Shown piece after piece: positions 25,778 through 34,738 of a stretch of 64,000 nt of DNA. The notes under the pieces are model-generated. The model did not search any database, was not told the DNA's origin, and was given only the letters and a program-made list of their open reading frames with translations. The position numbers and the translations under genes are program-made. How positions within the stretch are numbered: position 1 is the stretch's first letter; each line of letters begins with the position of its first letter. Source of the DNA: a virus; IMG/VR virus record IMGVR_UViG_3300034103_000398, positions 7,028 through 71,027 of that record; one strand, given 5' to 3'.

Positions 25778-25855
25778 TGGCTCCGTGACCTGGGATCGAA
25801 CCAGGCTTATTTCTGATTAACAGTCAGACGCCTACACCTTGCTTGCTCTCACGGA
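25778..25855 (-). tRNA. tRNA-Asn(GTT)
   Basis: loop CTGTTAA. Confidence 0.85.
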
Positions 25856-25913
25856 ATAAAAACATGTCACTACAGCATACCGTCAGAGGGTATGTGTTGT
25901 TCTTCTGTAGTAA

Positions 25914-25984
25914 GCATTCTAAAACATACTAAATTACTTAGGCTGCAATAGGAGCCATTGTTCACAAAGTATGTTTTAGAATGC
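25914..25984 (-). ncRNA. long-stem-closed RNA (family B)
   Basis: perfect 17-bp GCATTCTAAAACATACT/AGTATGTTTTAGAATGC. Confidence 0.55.
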
Positions 25985-26262
25985 CGTGTATTGCTACACG
26001 ACATGATAGGGTTGATACCCTACCCAGTAGTCTTACTAATGTGTTATCGCCACACGTTCATGTATACTGTCCGCCCATTCGATACATTTTACGCTGTATT
26101 CCGGCTCTCGTTGCCTATTCACGTGCTATCATTTAAGATGAAACATCTTACGATAGACTTTTGCACGTTCAATCTTGTTACGGATCAATTGTGCGACTTG
26201 TTCTTTTGACAATGTGTGATTAGTTACCCAATCACTTTTGTCATTAGAAGAAGTTTTTTTAT

Positions 26263-26291
26263 ATTGTATCTTAACTTCCATTTACTGTCAA
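26263..26291 (-). promoter_or_regulatory. sigma70-type promoter at head of tRNA array
   Basis: TTGACA-17-TACAAT. Confidence 0.8.
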
Positions 26292-26319
26292 ATTTCCTTT
26301 TGTTGTTTTTTCACAACAC

Positions 26320-26362
26320 AAAAACAGAAACCCCTGAGACTTTTTAGTTTCCCAGGGGTTTC
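26320..26362 (-). terminator. intrinsic terminator with overlapping antiterminator
   Basis: GAAACCCCTGGGA...TCTCAGGGGTTTC-TGTTTTT; 5' arm also complementary to 26403-26420. Confidence 0.8.
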
Positions 26363-26384
26363 ATAAATTTGTTAGAGTGTTACT

Positions 26385-26561
26385 TTAAGTGTAACTTGCT
26401 CCTTCTATGAAACTCCCCGGAATTCTCGCATCATAATTAAACTCTGACCCGCGAATACTCGGTGTAGACATCTGACCCTCAAAGGCTGCTAATACTGGAG
26501 TCTGAGGTGCTATTGACCAAAGTCCTGTATGTTTCAGCGATTGCGTACAAATGTTTTTCAT
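26385..26561 (-). CDS. putative leader peptide (58 aa, all 20 amino acids)
   Basis: MKNICTQSLKHTGLWSIAPQTPVLAAFEGQMSTPSIRGSEFNYDARIPGSFIEGASYT. Confidence 0.6.
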   Translation of the reverse strand: MKNICTQSLKHTGLWSIAPQTPVLAAFEGQMSTPSIRGSEFNYDARIPGSFIEGASYT

Positions 26562-26638
26562 AGTAAATCTATTTAGTCCTGGTTAAAAATTCTGTCTTTT
26601 AAGGCTCTTTTTTGTGCCTTTTGTTAATTCATGTATGA

Positions 26639-26667
26639 ATTGTAGCAGAAGATCGAATTAGTGTCAA
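26639..26667 (-). promoter_or_regulatory. sigma70-type promoter
   Basis: TTGACA-17-TACAAT. Confidence 0.75.
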
Positions 26668-27068
26668 CACTTTTTTCAACTATCTACCCAACTTCAAAAA
26701 TTCTTTTATGAATCGATTTCTCAATTAATGAGTGAAGTATAACAGAGATAGGAATAGTTGTCAACAACTTTTTTCTATCATCTTGCCCAAACTTCAATAC
26801 AACGATTTCTCGATGCAAGTGTGTAGTATATATGCCTTTTGAATTGTTGTCAAATTTTTTGTTGCCCGGCGGGATCAGACCAATTTGGTCTGTACTGCGG
26901 TGTACCAAAAATATCCTCGTACGGATATCGTAATAGCAAATCAAATACTCGCCTACTGGCCTTTTGTGAATACTTTAATCTACACAGTGGGGAGACCATA
27001 TGTGAGTAGTGTTCATCATAGTAATCTTTCACTACTTCAAAACCTGAAAATTTATTCTCCGATAGTAT

Positions 27069-27560
27069 TTATCTTGGTTGGGCCTTTGATGTTAAATATT
27101 TATTATATTTTACTTCAGCAATCAAAAAAGAGCAGTATGCGTTGCTATCGCTAGTCTCAGATTGTTCCCAATTACTAGTTAATTCGAACCCGGCACCTTT
27201 ATATGTTGACCAGCTGGTTTTTCTAGGGAAACTCCAGACTTGATTGAAATTTTCGAGTTTGGCTTGATTTATGGTTGCAGTCAATAACGATACACCAATA
27301 CCATTGTTTCTATAGTTAGGATCTACCCAAAGACCTCTACTTCGGTATCCATGGTTCATGCAACCATGACCACTGTTAACCCCTACTATTTTATCATCAA
27401 GCATGTATCCAAAAAAAGTAGTAGGGTATTTCATATTTTCTAAATCATACCCGCCCAAGTAGCACATTGCGCTAGTAGGTTCGATTGGACTTATTCGTCC
27501 TGGCCATAACTGATCGGACCATATTTCTGATATAGTAGTCCAGTCTATATGTACTATCAT
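27069..27560 (-). CDS. GNAT acetyltransferase
   Basis: LWVDPNYRNNGIGVSLL motif A, Y...GF. Confidence 0.85.
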   Translation of the reverse strand: MIVHIDWTTISEIWSDQLWPGRISPIEPTSAMCYLGGYDLENMKYPTTFFGYMLDDKIVGVNSGHGCMNHGYRSRGLWVDPNYRNNGIGVSLLTATINQAKLENFNQVWSFPRKTSWSTYKGAGFELTSNWEQSETSDSNAYCSFLIAEVKYNKYLTSKAQPR

Positions 27561-28000
27561 TAATCACCAGACACAAGACCGTTACTATGTTTATCTGTAG
27601 TTTTCTCTACATCTTGAAACATTCGTTTCTCTTGTGCAGTTAGTTTATCTTTATGAGTCTTGCGAGGATTACCACACATCATACAACCGGGTTGACCGCA
27701 ATCCATAGCGTGATGTATTCTATGAATATATACCCAACCTAAGGGACTTCCTCGACCGGCTAATACAGCAAATACAGTGTAAAACCATTTAGCTAAATTG
27801 TCTAACTTAAAACTTTTATGACTATAATAACGGTGTAGCATCATGCTGATACCCAAAATACTATAAGAGTAAAACATGATTATTGCTAATAGAACATATT
27901 GCCAAGTAAACGCCGCGGTTAGGGGGCTTGTCACCAATATTACCAATGACAATAATTGTACTATTCGTAAGGAGTTGGGTGACGATGAAAATATGTTCAT
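27560..28000 (-). CDS. chimera: fatty-acid desaturase N-half fused to homologue of 37573-37878 C-half
   Basis: HRYYSHKSF, GSPLGWVYIHRIHH, then AMDCG..C..CGNPRKTHKDKLTAQEKR. Confidence 0.8.
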   Translation of the reverse strand: MNIFSSSPNSLRIVQLLSLVILVTSPLTAAFTWQYVLLAIIMFYSYSILGISMMLHRYYSHKSFKLDNLAKWFYTVFAVLAGRGSPLGWVYIHRIHHAMDCGQPGCMMCGNPRKTHKDKLTAQEKRMFQDVEKTTDKHSNGLVSGD

Positions 28001-28035
28001 TAGGTATTTATCATAAATACCGTTGGGAACAATAA

Positions 28036-28287
28036 ATGCAAGATGAATTATTTTTTAACACTGAATTTTCACCTACCGGTATATTAGATAAATTATACCA
28101 GGAAGCCAGCGTAGAGGAAAATTATTATTGGAGTCCGGCTCAGCCCCCAGTTATGAGATGTGATGTAAGTGATGAGATAAGAGATTATTTTAAAAGATTA
28201 ATAAATGCCCCATTCAATGATTGCGGGTTATTGAAAACTTACCCAAATACTATCTATCCAATACACAAAGCAATGGTTAATCTATGA
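28036..28287 (+). CDS. hypothetical protein (possibly truncated)
   Basis: 83-aa ORF after ATAAATA. Confidence 0.5.
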   Translation: MQDELFFNTEFSPTGILDKLYQEASVEENYYWSPAQPPVMRCDVSDEIRDYFKRLINAPFNDCGLLKTYPNTIYPIHKAMVNL

Positions 28288-28880
28288 AAGATTGTCAGAT
28301 TGGGACTTCGATTGGAAAACTATTGAGTGGAAAAATGATTGACAGCTTTAGTCACGGACAAATAGGTAGCAAATTATGGTTATGTGAACAATTAGAACCT
28401 CACATTAAAAACAATGCTACTGTTGCTATATTAGGTAGTTGGATAAATGTATTAGGGTTTATGTTGTTGACTAGACAACCCTATAAGTATTCGCATATTA
28501 AGGGCATAGACCTAGACATTGAAGCTGTCAATACTGCTAATCAAATTTGTAATTACTGGTATATTAATGGTATACAACACTCAGTACAAGACAATGCAAA
28601 TACTGTATCACTTCAAGGATTTGATGTTGTGATTAATTGTAGCAGTGAACATATAGAAGGATCAGATTGGTTTGATAACATTAGTTCGGGTACGCTTGTA
28701 TGCATACAGTCTAGTAACGTCACAGATACAACTGAGCCATGGTTAATAAAAAACCCCAGCCCAACGATTGATAGTTTCAAAGAAAAGTATCCACTAAGAG
28801 ATATCAAATTCTGTGACACACTACCAATACGGTATGGTGACTGGGGTTATGATAGATATATGATTATCGGAATCAAATAG
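28284..28880 (+). CDS. SAM-dependent methyltransferase-like protein
   Basis: SKLWL, ILGSW, IDLD, DVVINCSSEH. Confidence 0.6.
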   Translation: MKDCQIGTSIGKLLSGKMIDSFSHGQIGSKLWLCEQLEPHIKNNATVAILGSWINVLGFMLLTRQPYKYSHIKGIDLDIEAVNTANQICNYWYINGIQHSVQDNANTVSLQGFDVVINCSSEHIEGSDWFDNISSGTLVCIQSSNVTDTTEPWLIKNPSPTIDSFKEKYPLRDIKFCDTLPIRYGDWGYDRYMIIGIK

Positions 28881-29430
28881 CAATCTTGCCGATTGCGTTG
28901 ATTGTAGCCGCAATCTTGCCGATGTGATGTAACTGTTGGACAGTCACACCCTCTTTCTTTAGTGTCTCATAGTGACTCTTGACACAGAAGTGACATTTGC
29001 CAATTATACTAGCGGCTAGTGAGTACATCTCAAACTTTACCTTAGTAACTCCACCGTGCGTTGCGTATGCATTCATACGTAAGCCAGCTGGCAATCCCTT
29101 TAATGCAGGATCATCACACATTTCGACAAATGGGTACCAAACATTGTTCTGGCCCATCAATGCGGCCGCTGTCTTTGCGGCTTCACGTGATTTTTCATCT
29201 GTGAATAGAGGACTATTCATTTCGATTTCAAATGCTAAACCTCCGTTGCCAGCTGCAAGTGCTGCCACGTATGCGATTGCATGTGTATCAATTGGATCGA
29301 ATGGACTACGATTGATGACTGCATCAAGATTCAACTTAATATCCTTTGCGTGATCCGGGATACTTTCTTTCACGCTATCTACCCAATTTCCACCGATTGT
29401 GATTGGTGGAACTGACGCTGTTGCTTCCAT
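28873..29430 (-). CDS. ahpD: alkyl hydroperoxide reductase D
   Basis: IPDHAKDIKLNL, NNVWYPF, CHFCVKSH. Confidence 0.9.
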   Translation of the reverse strand: MEATASVPPITIGGNWVDSVKESIPDHAKDIKLNLDAVINRSPFDPIDTHAIAYVAALAAGNGGLAFEIEMNSPLFTDEKSREAAKTAAALMGQNNVWYPFVEMCDDPALKGLPAGLRMNAYATHGGVTKVKFEMYSLAASIIGKCHFCVKSHYETLKKEGVTVQQLHHIGKIAATINAIGKIAI

Positions 29431-29431
29431 G

Positions 29432-30217
29432 TTATTCTCCTTTATGTTGCAAGCTTTCTAGTGTTTTTGACATGTCTGCACATGTGTACGATTGATAACT
29501 GTCACGTAACTTCTCTGGCATTGAAATGTATTCAATAGCTTCAACGGGTGCTATGCTTAGTGCAACGTCTAAGAAACTCTTAGGTGTTCCTGTTCCCACA
29601 TTCCACACTCCAGATTCTTTTACGTCAAAGAAATCTATGTGTGTTTTACACACTTGTTCTACGGGTATAAAGTCTCGTAGATAATTTTCACTGTTTTCAA
29701 ATAACTTAATTTTACCTGTTTCACGATATTGTTTAGTAAACGTATGATACGGACTGGCTTGACCTTCTTTGTGATCCTCCCCTTTTCCGTACACGTTAAA
29801 ATATCTGAACCCCTGCACTCTAATTCCCTTTAAAGCTTTTGGTTCTATATTGCTAACATGTCGCTCAAACAAATACTTTGTCCATGCATACGGGTTGCGA
29901 GGATCGACCGGTTGATCTTCTTTAAAGTTTTCTTTACGCATTCCATATACACTAGCACTACTAGAATACTGTAGGTCAATACCATGCTTGATACATTGAT
30001 TCAATAGCCAAACGCTAAAGTCAACATTCTGATGCATTATCTTTTCAATATTGCGTTCAGTAGTAGAACTGTTAGCGCCCATATGAACTACCCAATCATG
30101 CCCTTTAATGCTTGGTAAGGTCTCGCCCCATTCGAATGTTGTGACTTCATGTTCTTTTAGGGCATTTAGCATATTCGACCCAATGAACCCTTTATGACCA
30201 GTTAACAAAATTTTCAC
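29432..30217 (-). CDS. hldD: ADP-L-glycero-D-manno-heptose 6-epimerase
   Basis: TGHKGFIGS, HMGANSSTTE, YSSSASVYG, FRYFNVYG..EDHK. Confidence 0.85.
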   Translation of the reverse strand: MKILLTGHKGFIGSNMLNALKEHEVTTFEWGETLPSIKGHDWVVHMGANSSTTERNIEKIMHQNVDFSVWLLNQCIKHGIDLQYSSSASVYGMRKENFKEDQPVDPRNPYAWTKYLFERHVSNIEPKALKGIRVQGFRYFNVYGKGEDHKEGQASPYHTFTKQYRETGKIKLFENSENYLRDFIPVEQVCKTHIDFFDVKESGVWNVGTGTPKSFLDVALSIAPVEAIEYISMPEKLRDSYQSYTCADMSKTLESLQHKGE

Positions 30218-30513
30218 TTGAAGAAATCCTCTGAGTTAATCGCTTTGTCATCTACCCATATATCGTACGGTGGCTTACCCATACGAATTTCATCGTACTT
30301 GCAGCCCCAGGCTGCTAACTGACTGTATGTTTTATCTTTCCAATCAATACCACTATTGCCACCACGTGCTGTCCAATAGATAACCTTATGGCCCTGATCG
30401 TATAAATCGTTTATTTTCTGTATGCGGTCTGTCATTGGTTTACTGTTGGCATAGTCACTATTTTCAGATATACAGATCGTGTTGTCTATGTCAACCATAT
30501 ATGTCTTTATCAT
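30214..30513 (-). CDS. small HAD-family phosphatase
   Basis: DIDNTIC, WTARG, GKP...VDDKA. Confidence 0.75.
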   Translation of the reverse strand: MIKTYMVDIDNTICISENSDYANSKPMTDRIQKINDLYDQGHKVIYWTARGGNSGIDWKDKTYSQLAAWGCKYDEIRMGKPPYDIWVDDKAINSEDFFK

Positions 30514-30869
30514 TTCTGGCTATCTCCTTTCCTTACTCTATAGTTGTCTTCTACACTGTCGGGTGTAGATACTTCAATTATAGCTCCCTCTTCTAAACAA
30601 ATCACTTGGTGCGGGAATAATGGTTTGTTTCTCCACACATCATTTATTTCTAAAATTTCTTCATGCTCAGTTGCATCAGTAGTATCAATCCAAATTACTT
30701 TAAACTTACCACTGAGAACAAACCATGTCTCGTCTTTTTCACTGTGAAAGTGCATACTGAACTTAGCATCTTTATTGAACTTGAGAACCTTGCCACAATA
30801 CAAATCGTTTGAAGCAAAGATAAACTCGTGTCCCCATCCTTTTTCTACATAACCTTCTAGTCTACTCAT
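30510..30869 (-). CDS. cupin (sugar isomerase-like)
   Basis: KGWGHE, SMHFHSEKDETW. Confidence 0.75.
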   Translation of the reverse strand: MSRLEGYVEKGWGHEFIFASNDLYCGKVLKFNKDAKFSMHFHSEKDETWFVLSGKFKVIWIDTTDATEHEEILEINDVWRNKPLFPHQVICLEEGAIIEVSTPDSVEDNYRVRKGDSQK

Positions 30870-31633
30870 GGTATTAATTCCTCTATGCTAGGAGCGTAAA
30901 CTCCTACATGCTGCACTGTTATCCCGGCCGCCTTGTTTGCAAATACGATTGACTTGCGAACATCTTTCGTGTCTAGATATCTGTAGGCAAGTGCTGATAA
31001 GAATGTGTCTCCGGCACCGCATACATCAATAACATCGTCGGTAAGATCAGGAGTAAGGGTATGACCCATGTACTCTGCGCCTTTTTCACCCTTAGTGACG
31101 ATCAACCATTGATCATCGGGTAATGTTTTTGCTAGATTTTTCTCTAGTTGATTGATTTTTATAAAACAACCATTGAATCTGGCTAAGTCTGTTTTCTTTG
31201 TGTCAATAAAGATAGGACCTTTGAACTCGTCTCGAATCCATTCTATCAATGTAGCTGGTACTGTGCCCTTATTATAATCACTAATGACAACTGCATCATA
31301 CGAATTAAGTTCGGTAGTATCAACGAATGATCCTAGTATAGGAGAACATTTTGCATCATTATCTATTCTAATCAAGTGCTGTTTACTGCGCTCGTCTATC
31401 AATCGTTTCTTTTCACTGGTTTCAGTGTGATGAAACTTTACTTGACAATTTAAAGCCTCTAAGTTTCTAGCTACATTCCCTGCCATACCCTCTAGTATAA
31501 TTTCATTGTTGGGTTGAAACACCGGTACGGGTGCTTCGGGGCTAAGTCGTGAAACGACACCGTAGACATAAGTGTCTTTACAATTATCCCCGATCAATAA
31601 TATGTTGAATTTTCTTCGTGCTGGAGTACTCAT
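30866..31633 (-). CDS. heptose-7-phosphate kinase (HldE/RfaE kinase domain)
   Basis: RLSPEAPVPV, ISDYNKG, DVCGAGDTF. Confidence 0.9.
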   Translation of the reverse strand: MSTPARRKFNILLIGDNCKDTYVYGVVSRLSPEAPVPVFQPNNEIILEGMAGNVARNLEALNCQVKFHHTETSEKKRLIDERSKQHLIRIDNDAKCSPILGSFVDTTELNSYDAVVISDYNKGTVPATLIEWIRDEFKGPIFIDTKKTDLARFNGCFIKINQLEKNLAKTLPDDQWLIVTKGEKGAEYMGHTLTPDLTDDVIDVCGAGDTFLSALAYRYLDTKDVRKSIVFANKAAGITVQHVGVYAPSIEELIP

Positions 31634-31976
31634 CTATTCTTTCAAATAAAACAACGGTAACGTATTCTTTACCAATTATGGGTAGTGTCTTGTAGTCACC
31701 TCCCTTGACCATGATATCACAGGTCTTTATTATATTAATCAAATCTTCATCAGTGTCAAAAATTTCTACTTGATCTACCGCTTTAAGATTCTCCAACATA
31801 ACCTTTCGTTCATTCACATTATTAATAGGTCTACTAGGACCCTTTAATCTTTTGACACGTTCATCCGAATCAATAGCCACTACTAAATGATCACCAAGAG
31901 TCTTGGCATAGTTTAGCATAGCTAGATGACCCAAATGAAGCACATCAAAGGTGCCGTTCACGAAAACTCTTTTCAT
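31584..31976 (-). CDS. heptose-1-phosphate adenylyltransferase (HldE/RfaE domain II)
   Basis: NGTFDVLHLGH, LKGPSRPIN, VKGGDY, SSTK. Confidence 0.9.
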   Translation of the reverse strand: MKRVFVNGTFDVLHLGHLAMLNYAKTLGDHLVVAIDSDERVKRLKGPSRPINNVNERKVMLENLKAVDQVEIFDTDEDLINIIKTCDIMVKGGDYKTLPIIGKEYVTVVLFERIDEYSSTKKIQHIIDRG

Positions 31977-32371
31977 TTAGTTTTTTCGGCTAACTCTTTG
32001 TAACCCGCCCAACTAGGATGTACGCCATCTTTTTGTAATCGGGTAATAGGCAGTACAGTATCTCCGTACTCTTTTGCCATGGCATTGACAATTGCTTGAA
32101 TCTCAGGTTTAATAGCAGGCAATATCCAAAATACTCTAGCAGTGGTTCCAACTTTCTCTCGAATTCGTTGTAACTCTGCTTTTGTTTTAACTCCTTTATG
32201 ATCATTACTACCTAAACTGATAATCACAGTTTTAGCAGTTAGATCGTTCTTTAAGTAGTCCCGATTCCATTGCCATGTATTCCACCCGCCCTTTGCGTAA
32301 GCAACACATTCAGGTCTAGCCTGATGTGTTCCCACTGCAATACTATCCCCCATAATTAAGCAATCAATCAT
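31973..32371 (-). CDS. SGNH/GDSL hydrolase-like protein
   Basis: GDSIAVG, LGSND, DGVHP. Confidence 0.75.
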   Translation of the reverse strand: MIDCLIMGDSIAVGTHQARPECVAYAKGGWNTWQWNRDYLKNDLTAKTVIISLGSNDHKGVKTKAELQRIREKVGTTARVFWILPAIKPEIQAIVNAMAKEYGDTVLPITRLQKDGVHPSWAGYKELAEKTK

Positions 32372-32387
32372 TTAACTTCCATTCCGT

Positions 32388-33023
32388 TTATTCATTTTTT
32401 TCATCAATAGAGTAGAACCAATCATCGCCTGCACTCCACTTTCGAGTGCCATCTACAGTAAATATTGTCTGTGCGGCTTTAAAGTCTGGGAACTTAACGT
32501 TACCTGAAATCAAACTTTGATCGTACCATAAACATCTGTTGTTGGGCTGACAAGCAAACTGGCCGTTTTCTAACCTAATAAAGTTAAACGATTTGTGTTC
32601 TTCGGCAACTTCTGTAAAACCAGTGTCTACATCCATGCCATCAGCACAAAAATCTACAGTGAACAAATAGGTGCCGTGATGCCATTCTTTGTCTTTGCCT
32701 AGAAACTTTACTCCTAGATTACGCAAACCTATCTTTTCAATGATAGTAAAACGATAACCCATACAGTCCCAAAGCTGTAGAATGTCTATAGGTAACGTAC
32801 CTGTATAATCTTCTTTCCATACGTAAGCATGAATAGGCAACTTGTCATACAGTGCGCCATAATTAGGTAATAGTGATTCAATGCGAAACACTTGTCCCCT
32901 TAACGCTTTAAGACTTACCCATATAGCAGGTTCTAATTCCCCATGACCTTTTTCAAAGTTATAGAGAAACTCTCTTTTAACAAAGCATTTAATCGGTGGC
33001 AATGATCCTACAACATAACTCAT
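32388..33023 (-). CDS. hypothetical phage protein
   Basis: 211-aa ORF in operon. Confidence 0.7.
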   Translation of the reverse strand: MSYVVGSLPPIKCFVKREFLYNFEKGHGELEPAIWVSLKALRGQVFRIESLLPNYGALYDKLPIHAYVWKEDYTGTLPIDILQLWDCMGYRFTIIEKIGLRNLGVKFLGKDKEWHHGTYLFTVDFCADGMDVDTGFTEVAEEHKSFNFIRLENGQFACQPNNRCLWYDQSLISGNVKFPDFKAAQTIFTVDGTRKWSAGDDWFYSIDEKNE

Positions 33024-33040
33024 TTAATATTTACCTGATG

Positions 33041-33247
33041 CTAATACGATTTGACAGCACTTTCAAAAAAGTTAAATAATTTTTCATGGTAATAATTATT
33101 ATAAATATTGCCTGTTTCGGGTGAGTCTACCCTAAAATTTTTAGTTTTAACATCGGCTAAAACCTCTTCAGCTAATTCTCTACCACTATTAAATTCATAA
33201 AAAGGTATGTTTATTGCATTTATTTTTTCATAATTATTTCTGTTCAT
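33041..33247 (-). pseudogene. truncated paralogue of adjacent 2OG-Fe(II) oxygenase
   Basis: PFYEF...NYYHEKLFNFF..AV matches N-terminus of 33234-33875. Confidence 0.55.
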
Positions 33248-33875
33248 TGGATTTAATTTTATCTTCTACTGATAATGTATCTAGTGTTAATCTACCAGTA
33301 ATCATTTCACCTATTACACCTTTCGGAAAACAATTAAAAGAAATAGTATAACGGGTTTCTATTTTTTTCATAGTCATCACGGAATGTTTCATATGAGATG
33401 GAAACAGCAAAAGAGTTCCTGCTTTAGGATAAATCTTGCTAGTAACAAACTTCGGCTCATCATACATGTGCAACATATGGTATGGACTGTCATAAAAATC
33501 AGTCCAAGGATTATTTATGTTGAATAATGTAGGGGCAGAATCTTCATGGGTAGTAACATAAAACAAACCACTAATTACACCATTACTATGGGTATGATCG
33601 TTCATACGTTGCATCATATTATATTTGTTAGCCCAACATGCTACTATAGGAAATTCTATAGATTTTTTGTAGTATAAATTTTTAACTGTTGTAACACTTA
33701 CATTAAAGAATTGGAAAAGTTCTTTATGATAATAGTTATCAAATAATTGAGATGTACCTACCTGACCAATGTCCTTGTGTGATATTTGTTCAATATGCTT
33801 CTTTACATCATTAACTAAATTTTCATCACATGAAAACTCGTAAACCGGATAACTTAATATTTCTAGTTGTTTCAT
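33234..33875 (-). CDS. 2OG-Fe(II) oxygenase-like protein
   Basis: WAN, HTHSN..ISGLFY, FPSHMKHSV, RYTISFN. Confidence 0.8.
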   Translation of the reverse strand: MKQLEILSYPVYEFSCDENLVNDVKKHIEQISHKDIGQVGTSQLFDNYYHKELFQFFNVSVTTVKNLYYKKSIEFPIVACWANKYNMMQRMNDHTHSNGVISGLFYVTTHEDSAPTLFNINNPWTDFYDSPYHMLHMYDEPKFVTSKIYPKAGTLLLFPSHMKHSVMTMKKIETRYTISFNCFPKGVIGEMITGRLTLDTLSVEDKIKSNEQK

Positions 33876-34075
33876 TTAATATCTTTCATAATTGCTCTAC
33901 CCAATTGAGCAAGGCATTGTCTGGTGTCAATGCGCCTGGCCGGAGTATTCCAAACATTACGATTGTTCCACTCACGTATGCAGTCCGATCGATCCTGTTC
34001 TGTCATTTCATAACATCTAGGATTACGATCGGGCTGCCGTAATGCTTCAATACCTCGTTGAAGTAGTTGCAACAT
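33872..34075 (-). CDS. hypothetical protein
   Basis: 67-aa ORF translationally coupled on both sides. Confidence 0.5.
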   Translation of the reverse strand: MLQLLQRGIEALRQPDRNPRCYEMTEQDRSDCIREWNNRNVWNTPARRIDTRQCLAQLGRAIMKDIK

Positions 34076-34620
34076 TAAAGAGTGTCACCACCGATTGGAC
34101 GTGAGCATGGGCATAGTTCACCAGTCTGTAATGCGTCAAGAATACGCAATGTTTCATCTGGGTTACGACCAACGTCCAAGTTGTTAACTGTAACGTGTTG
34201 AATAACGTTCTGTGGGTCAACAATGAATGTAGCACGTAGTGCCGCACCTGCTGGACCGTAGAAGATACCCAATTGACCTGCTAGTGATAGATCATCACGG
34301 GCAACGTCAGCGAATGACCAAGAATTTGTTTTCTTTAGGTCTTCATGTGCATTGCGCCATGCTAACTTACAGAACTCATTGTCTGTACTACCGACCAGTA
34401 ACACAGCATCGCGGTCACTGAAATCATTAACCAACTTATCATATGCCACGATCTCCGTAGGACATACAAAAGTAAAGTCCTTAGGATAGTAAACGATAAC
34501 TTTCCATTTTCCTTCAAAGCTCTTCTCCGTAATTGTTTCAAATGCATTGTCTGGTGTCAATGCTCCTGGCTTAACGCCTGTAACTGCAAAACTTGTAATT
34601 TTGTCGCCAATTGTTTTCAT
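34075..34620 (-). CDS. ahpC: peroxiredoxin AhpC
   Basis: YPKDFTFVCPTE, GRNPDE, GELCP. Confidence 0.95.
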   Translation of the reverse strand: MKTIGDKITSFAVTGVKPGALTPDNAFETITEKSFEGKWKVIVYYPKDFTFVCPTEIVAYDKLVNDFSDRDAVLLVGSTDNEFCKLAWRNAHEDLKKTNSWSFADVARDDLSLAGQLGIFYGPAGAALRATFIVDPQNVIQHVTVNNLDVGRNPDETLRILDALQTGELCPCSRPIGGDTL

Positions 34621-34738
34621 TGTGTTCTCCTTGTGTGTATAATGAATTATTTTTATGACTTGCGATTAGGGCAAGTCTCTACAGTATTATAACTGTTATT
34701 GTCTATATAGTATAGCCTATATATGATACTATATTTAC

